Source of the DNA: Planctomycetota bacterium
GTDB taxonomy: Bacteria > Planctomycetota > GCA-002687715 > CAIWVZ01
Assembly: GCA_044222185.1 (NCBI GenBank)
Contig: JBGANV010000001.1
Span: 224,001-288,000, forward strand
Reading direction: 5' to 3'
DNA: 64,000 bases
This document shows positions 59,088 through 64,000 of this stretch, one piece after another; positions within the stretch are counted from its first letter, which is position 1, and every line of letters starts with the position of its first letter. Below the pieces are notes generated by a model, which worked only from the letters and a program-made list of their open reading frames with translations, did not search any database and had not been told where the DNA came from. The translations under genes were made by a program, and so were the position numbers.

Positions 59088-61250
59088 TCACTTGAAACCG
59101 GCCAGGCTGTTCGGCGCGCCTTCGAGGCGGAACTCGACGAAGTAGCGCGCTTCCTTCCGGTCGCGGACCTGGAAGCTCATGAGGCACACGAGGGTCGAGC
59201 CCTTCTCGACGGAGACCTTCGTCGCCTCCGACGACTTGGGAACTACGACGGGGTTGACGTTCGGGACGGGGATCAGCGCTCCTGAGGTCGCCTTCAGGTA
59301 GAGCCCCTCCTGGGCCTGGATCTTCTCCTTGCCCTGCATGATCGTGTGGCCCGTGGACCACATGACGCAGTAGCTGCCCTTCGGAACGGCGCCGTTCATC
59401 AGATCAACTTCCGTCGCGAGGAAGCCCAGCAGGATCGGGCTCTTCTGATCCCGTGCGAGCGTCTTCATGCGCGCGGCATCCACGAATTCCTTCGTGTCGC
59501 GAATCGCAAGCGCGATGTTCTTGGCGCGGGCCGGGAGCTGTTTCTCGGCGTCCCATCCGCCGGTCATCACACCGCCGAGCTTCGACGCATCGTCCATGGC
59601 GATGCGCGGCATGTCCTTCTCGTCCTTCAGCGGCGGGCCGCTGTCCTTCATGCGCGCCGCGATGAGGTTTCCGCCGGCGATGCGCTCGAGGTAATCGCGG
59701 CCCTTCGCCTTGGACGCCGCCACGCGGAATCCGACGAGCTCGGCTGAATCCTTGACGCGCGCCGTGCGCCATGCGGAGGTCACGCAAAGGTCCGGGTGAA
59801 GCGCACCGCCACCGCGCAGTGTGAGCAGGCCCGAGCTGAACTCGGGTTGGGCGGCGCCCTTCGTGGGGCACTTGTCGGGGCTGTAGCCCGGATAGGCCTC
59901 GAACTGGCTCGACGTCATCTCGAGGGCGTTGCCGGCCATGTCGTTGATGCCGAGTGCCGACTTCCCGCCTGGGAACGACCCAACGGGGAGGAGCTTGTTC
60001 TTGCCTTGCCGGTTCGGGTGGGCGGCCGCGCTCTGGTTGTTGCACACGGGCTTGCCGCGATCGTAGTCGTCACCCCACGGGAAGATGTGGTTCGCCTTGT
60101 CGTTCGCGCCCTTGGCCCGGGCCGCCGCTTCCCACTCGAACTCGGTCGGCGGGCGGACGCCGCACCACTCACAGAAGGCGACCATGTCCTCGTAGGTGAC
60201 CCACGTCACCGGGTAGTCCTCCGTGCCCGGAGCCGGGACGCGCTCGCCCGAGGCGGCGGTCGGAGCCGCCGCGGCCTGCTGTTCCGTGGGGCCTGGGCCG
60301 GGACCCGCCGGAGCGGTGCCCACGGAGGCGGGTGCGCCGCCCTTCGGCGCACCTGCGCCATCGACGGGCACCCAGTGCTTGGGCGCCGCATGGCCCGTGT
60401 CCTTCACGAATTCGAGGTACGCGCGGTTCGTCACCTCGTTGATGCCGATGTAGAAGTCGTCGATCTGTACCTCGCGTGCCGGCCACCCGATGCCGGCCTG
60501 GAAGTTCAGCCCCTGGTCGCCCGAGTAGGAGAGCAGCTTGCGGAGTGCCGTCTGCTCGTCGGTGTCCATCCCGATGCGGACCTTGCCACCGGGTACGAAG
60601 ACCATTCCCGGGGGAGCGCCGAGGGCTCGGGCCTTCGCCGTCGCCGCGAGGTCGTCCATCCGGCGTTTCAGCGCGGCCATCTCGTCCTGGACCTCGGTGA
60701 GTTTCTTCTCGAAGGTCGGGGCCATCTTCTTGTAGGCCTCGTCGAAGTTCTTCGTCTCGAAGACCTCACCCAGCGTTTCACCGACGACGGCCCCGTAGTT
60801 CACGGGCGCGTCGCTCCTCAAAGCGTCGAGGAGTGCCGCCGACATGGGGACTTCGAGGACGAGCGAGAGGTTGCGCCCGATGGTCGTGGCGATCGCTTCG
60901 CGGACCTCGGTCTGGACCGTGGTGTAGACCTGAGGCTTGGCGCCGGGCTTGCCCCCGGCTGCAGCGGCCATCTTGGCGGCTTCCTGGACCTGAGTTCTGT
61001 ACTTCGTCCCGGTCTCCTCGAGCTTCTTCGCGAGGCTGCCCTTCGTGTCGGCGTTGCCAGCGTTCTTGAACTCGACGGCGACCGCTTCCTTCTTCTTGTT
61101 GGCGCGATCCTGCTCTTCCTTGATCCGGGCTTCGACCTTCTTCATCTCGGCCTGGATCTTGGCGCCCTCGTCCTGACCCGATGCGAGCGTCGAGCACGTC
61201 AGGATGAGGATCAGCAGGGCAAGCGTATGGCGCGGGCGCGCATCGAGCAT
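59088..61250 (-). CDS. Exported FGE-sulfatase (SUMF1) domain protein with N-terminal coiled coil
   Basis: Signal ALLILILTCSTLASG; K/E-rich helices; GMVFVPGG, EVTN, PVTWV, PTEFEWEAAAR, FPWG, DMAGNALE, GFRV; alternative start 61280. Confidence 0.85.
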   Translation of the reverse strand: MLDARPRHTLALLILILTCSTLASGQDEGAKIQAEMKKVEARIKEEQDRANKKKEAVAVEFKNAGNADTKGSLAKKLEETGTKYRTQVQEAAKMAAAAGGKPGAKPQVYTTVQTEVREAIATTIGRNLSLVLEVPMSAALLDALRSDAPVNYGAVVGETLGEVFETKNFDEAYKKMAPTFEKKLTEVQDEMAALKRRMDDLAATAKARALGAPPGMVFVPGGKVRIGMDTDEQTALRKLLSYSGDQGLNFQAGIGWPAREVQIDDFYIGINEVTNRAYLEFVKDTGHAAPKHWVPVDGAGAPKGGAPASVGTAPAGPGPGPTEQQAAAAPTAASGERVPAPGTEDYPVTWVTYEDMVAFCEWCGVRPPTEFEWEAAARAKGANDKANHIFPWGDDYDRGKPVCNNQSAAAHPNRQGKNKLLPVGSFPGGKSALGINDMAGNALEMTSSQFEAYPGYSPDKCPTKGAAQPEFSSGLLTLRGGGALHPDLCVTSAWRTARVKDSAELVGFRVAASKAKGRDYLERIAGGNLIAARMKDSGPPLKDEKDMPRIAMDDASKLGGVMTGGWDAEKQLPARAKNIALAIRDTKEFVDAARMKTLARDQKSPILLGFLATEVDLMNGAVPKGSYCVMWSTGHTIMQGKEKIQAQEGLYLKATSGALIPVPNVNPVVVPKSSEATKVSVEKGSTLVCLMSFQVRDRKEARYFVEFRLEGAPNSLAGFK

Positions 61251-61687
61251 GGGAGTTCGCTCCGGCGAAGGGTGATTCATTCCGTCATCGGCGGACCGTG
61301 CGGGTCGGTGGCCGGGCCGAATGCCGAGCCGAACCGGACCGTCGATCCGCGGGCTGCACCTTGGTTTCGCACCACGCCACGATGCCCGGACGCCGACCAC
61401 CGAGCGCGTTCGCTCGTGATTGGCCATCGGGGTGGGAAAGTGCCATGTCGGGAAGTCAGGGCTCAGAGTGTTTGGGAACCGACATGGGGGCCGAGGAGTG
61501 GCTCCATCCTTGGCACGAGGTGTTGGCGCAGAGTCTACGGGCGCCGACCCTGGAAGCAAGCGCTCCGCGGCACCCGCGAAGCCCCGCTTCACCCCGGTCT
61601 CCTGACGCCCGGACCGTCCATGGAGGGACGGACGGCCTGGGCTCCCCGAGGTGACAGCGGACCCGCGGAGACGGTCTCAGCGCCCGT

Positions 61688-63139
61688 TCAGTTGATCGTG
61701 AACTGGCGGCCGTTCGACAGGCGGACCCCGCCGTCTCGGTCGACGGTCACCGCTTGCAAGTACACGGGCAGCCCGGAGATGCCTGGGGCGACGGGGATCG
61801 TGAACCCGGCGGAGGCCTGCCCGGCGACGCTCCCCGTGCCGCTCGCGAGAACGTCGAACGGGGGAGTCAGCAGGACGGTGTGGGGCCCGGCGATGATGGG
61901 GCCGGCCCCGGACAACGAGACGTAGATCGCCCAGGGGGACTGGAACTCGCAATTCGCGACGCCCAGGGTGAGGCCGGCCCCCTGGTTGACGGTCGCCGGC
62001 GCCGTGAGCGAAAGGGCATAGTTCGGAAGGTGGCAGAGGACGTCGACGCGGGTTCGGCCCTGCATCGAGACGACGATCCGGCTCCCGTCCTGGGTGAAGA
62101 CGGCGTCGTTCGGGCGCGCCGTGCTGCCATGGTCGTAGACACTCAGCACGCCGAACGTGGCGAGATCGACGAGCACGGTCTCGCCCCCGTTCAGCGACGT
62201 GACGGCCGCGGTCGTTTCGCTCGCGTTGACTCCGAGTCCGTGGAGCACGATGCCCGTCACGGTGTTCAGGTTCAGCGTGCGGAGAACGGCGCCCGTCGTC
62301 AGGCTGCACTCGTAGAGCGTCGGAAAGACCTCGAATCCCACGGTCACGAGGACCCGATTGCCGCTGATGACGTGCGCCTCGTACGCCGCCGTGTAGTGGT
62401 TGACGATGGGCTGGGTGATGGCGTACGGGGTCTGATTGGACGGATTCGTGACGTCGACGATCGTGAACCCCGCGATGGCGAAGGAGAACGTGGGGTCGTA
62501 GGTCGACGTGGGGACGACCATCAGCGGCCAGGTCCACCAGGACGGGCGTCCGCCACCGCCGACGACGGTGAAGGAGCTGAGCCGCGTGTTGAACGTCGGG
62601 CTCGTCGGGTCGACGTCGAGGACCTCGACGACGTCGCAGCCGCCGACGGTCGTCACGTAGAGCCGTGTCTGGTCCGGCGAAACCAGCAACCCGAACGGGA
62701 AGCTCCCCTGGAAGACCGAGCCGAAGCAGGGCGACAGGGCGATCGTCGCGATCGGTTGGAGGTTCGGGAGCAGGCACGTCACGGTCCCGCTCGTCGAATT
62801 CGAGACGTAGAGGTGCCGCGTCGCACCGGATGCGTCGCGCAGGACGGCGATGTCCTCGGGGAACAGCCCCGTCTGGCCGATCGCGGTCTGCGCACCGGTG
62901 AACAGGTCGAAGGAGACCACGTCGTCGTTGTTCGGCGCCGTGCCTGGGAACGACAGCTCGCCCGCGATGGTGGCGTACGCATGGACGCCATCAGGATCGA
63001 GAGCGACGCCGAATCCCTTGTCGGGGGACAGCGGGTCGCCGTCGTTCAGCATGAAGCTGCGTTCGAGCGACTGCGCGGCGAGCACTTGGGGAATGACGAA
63101 CGCGATGCCCAGGACCAGGGCGAAGGAAAGGACTTTCAT
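61688..63139 (-). CDS. Secreted YncE/YVTN-type beta-propeller protein with shared C-terminal domain, under cobalamin riboswitch
   Basis: Signal MKVLSFALVLGIAFVIPQVLA; blades GLFPEDIAV, LYVSNS, FPFGLLVSPDQTRLYVT, RPNDAVFTQDGSRIVVS. Confidence 0.85.
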   Translation of the reverse strand: MKVLSFALVLGIAFVIPQVLAAQSLERSFMLNDGDPLSPDKGFGVALDPDGVHAYATIAGELSFPGTAPNNDDVVSFDLFTGAQTAIGQTGLFPEDIAVLRDASGATRHLYVSNSTSGTVTCLLPNLQPIATIALSPCFGSVFQGSFPFGLLVSPDQTRLYVTTVGGCDVVEVLDVDPTSPTFNTRLSSFTVVGGGGRPSWWTWPLMVVPTSTYDPTFSFAIAGFTIVDVTNPSNQTPYAITQPIVNHYTAAYEAHVISGNRVLVTVGFEVFPTLYECSLTTGAVLRTLNLNTVTGIVLHGLGVNASETTAAVTSLNGGETVLVDLATFGVLSVYDHGSTARPNDAVFTQDGSRIVVSMQGRTRVDVLCHLPNYALSLTAPATVNQGAGLTLGVANCEFQSPWAIYVSLSGAGPIIAGPHTVLLTPPFDVLASGTGSVAGQASAGFTIPVAPGISGLPVYLQAVTVDRDGGVRLSNGRQFTIN

Positions 63140-63296
63140 CGGGACGCTCCGGGGCGACGGAAGGCCGCCCCACGGGTACCGAGGTCAATCGCGGACGATG
63201 ACTTCGACGTGGAGCGCACGGTCGCTCGGCGCAAGTGCGCCGCTGCCGGGACGCCACCTCCAGCTCCTGACCTCGAGGAGCTTCAGAAGTCCAAAT

Positions 63297-63440
63297 CCCA
63301 GGCAGGTATCCTGACTCATGGCCGCCGACGGAAGGCGTGTTGCACGCACTCCGACGGCACCATTCACAGTGGCGGGTCCGCGACGGATTCGCACCGTCTT
63401 CCCCCCGCAACCCCAGCGATGGGGCTGCGGCTCCGCGGCG
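63297..63440 (-). ncRNA. Cobalamin (B12) riboswitch
   Basis: Minus strand reads hairpin CCGCAGCCCC/GGGGTTGCGG, GGGAAG-ACGGTGCGAATCCGT, CCCGCCACTGTGA, and B12 box GAGTCAGGATACCTGCC in canonical order. Confidence 0.93.
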
Positions 63441-63661
63441 ATCGACCGCGAAGCGCACCGGGATCGGCCCGTGGTCGCACGGGCGGGGCGGAGTCTATGC
63501 TCGACGCGATTGCGGATCAAGCGATCGAGACCGGGGTGCCGCCGGTCGACCGTCGGTCTCGAAACGTGCATCGCTCCGAACCCGTGACGGGCGAAACCCT
63601 TCATCCGCGTCGCGGTCCATGCCGACGTATACACTTGGTGTCGATTGGGAACGGGGACGCG

Positions 63662-64000
63662 ATGGATCCAACCGAGCGGACAACCGAGGGTGAGGGCGGA
63701 GCGGCATCGTTCCGACTCGTTGCTGAGCCCGCCGACGCAGGGCGGCGGCTCGATCACGTCCTCGCCGAAAGGCTGCCCGCGCACTCGCGCACGCTGCTGA
63801 AGAAGCTGGTGAAGGCCGGCGGCGTCCAGGTGAACGGCGCGGCGGTCAAGCCGAGCCACAAGCTCGAAGCCGGCGAGGTGATCTCGGGCGACACGAGCAC
63901 CCTGCCGACGGACGACCTGAAACCTCAGCAGATGGATCTGCGGATCCTCCACGAGGACGCAACCGTACTCGTCATCGACAAGCCGCCCGATCTCGTCGTG
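63662..64000 (+). CDS. rluD: RluA/RluD family pseudouridine synthase (3' truncated; absent from ORF track)
   Basis: Own translation from ATG 63662: GRRLDHVLAERLPAHSRTLLKKLVKAGGVQVNG (S4 domain), LRILHED, VIDKPPDLVV. Confidence 0.85.
   Translation, partial: MDPTERTTEGEGGAASFRLVAEPADAGRRLDHVLAERLPAHSRTLLKKLVKAGGVQVNGAAVKPSHKLEAGEVISGDTSTLPTDDLKPQQMDLRILHEDATVLVIDKPPDLVV

Noticed and set aside
61434-61446. GGAAAGTGCCA resembling an RNase P RNA conserved segment; minus-strand GGGGTGAAGCGG near 61595 resembling a tmRNA 5' end
   Set aside because: No GAGGAAAGTCC or 3' RNase P motifs, and no T-arm plus CCA end at tmRNA distance.
61590-61612. Minus-strand GTCAGGAGACCGG resembling a second B12 box
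   Set aside because: The upstream GGGAA, GGTG-AATCC and GCCACTG elements are missing, so it is not a complete riboswitch.

Overview
High-GC, gene-dense bacterial chromosome segment with no rRNA, tRNA, CRISPR array, transposase or phage gene recognised. Gene content (ECF sigma + Ser/Thr kinase pairs, FG-GAP/WD40/Kelch proteins, CRTAC1-UnbV, FGE-sulfatase domain, kdsA) suggests Planctomycetota (inference). Left: a largely coupled housekeeping run (S41 protease, tsaD, larB, carA, purA, uppS, cdsA, phoH, ybeY, Ser/Thr kinase), a sugar ABC transporter, a small MerR-type regulator, a PDZ-PDZ-M6 protease and a hybrid histidine kinase whose N-terminal receiver carries an in-frame amber codon. Middle: GH172, ppsA, cysteine synthase, CRTAC1, malic enzyme, gltA, then a 17 kb block ECF-STK / Kelch protein / 1800-aa repeat protease / ECF-STK. 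Right: PPC-DAGK-kdsA-spermidine synthase-like operon, valS, FGE-domain protein, a cobalamin-riboswitch-controlled secreted beta-propeller, and partial rluD. Best lead: four otherwise unrelated signal-peptide proteins end in a similar 110-140 aa Pro/Gly-rich C-terminal domain (G-x2-hydrophobic-x-hydrophobic-Q...S...hydrophobic-stop), a candidate secretion or surface-sorting signal; one of them is B12-regulated. All calls are by eye from motifs; no searches or folding programs were run.
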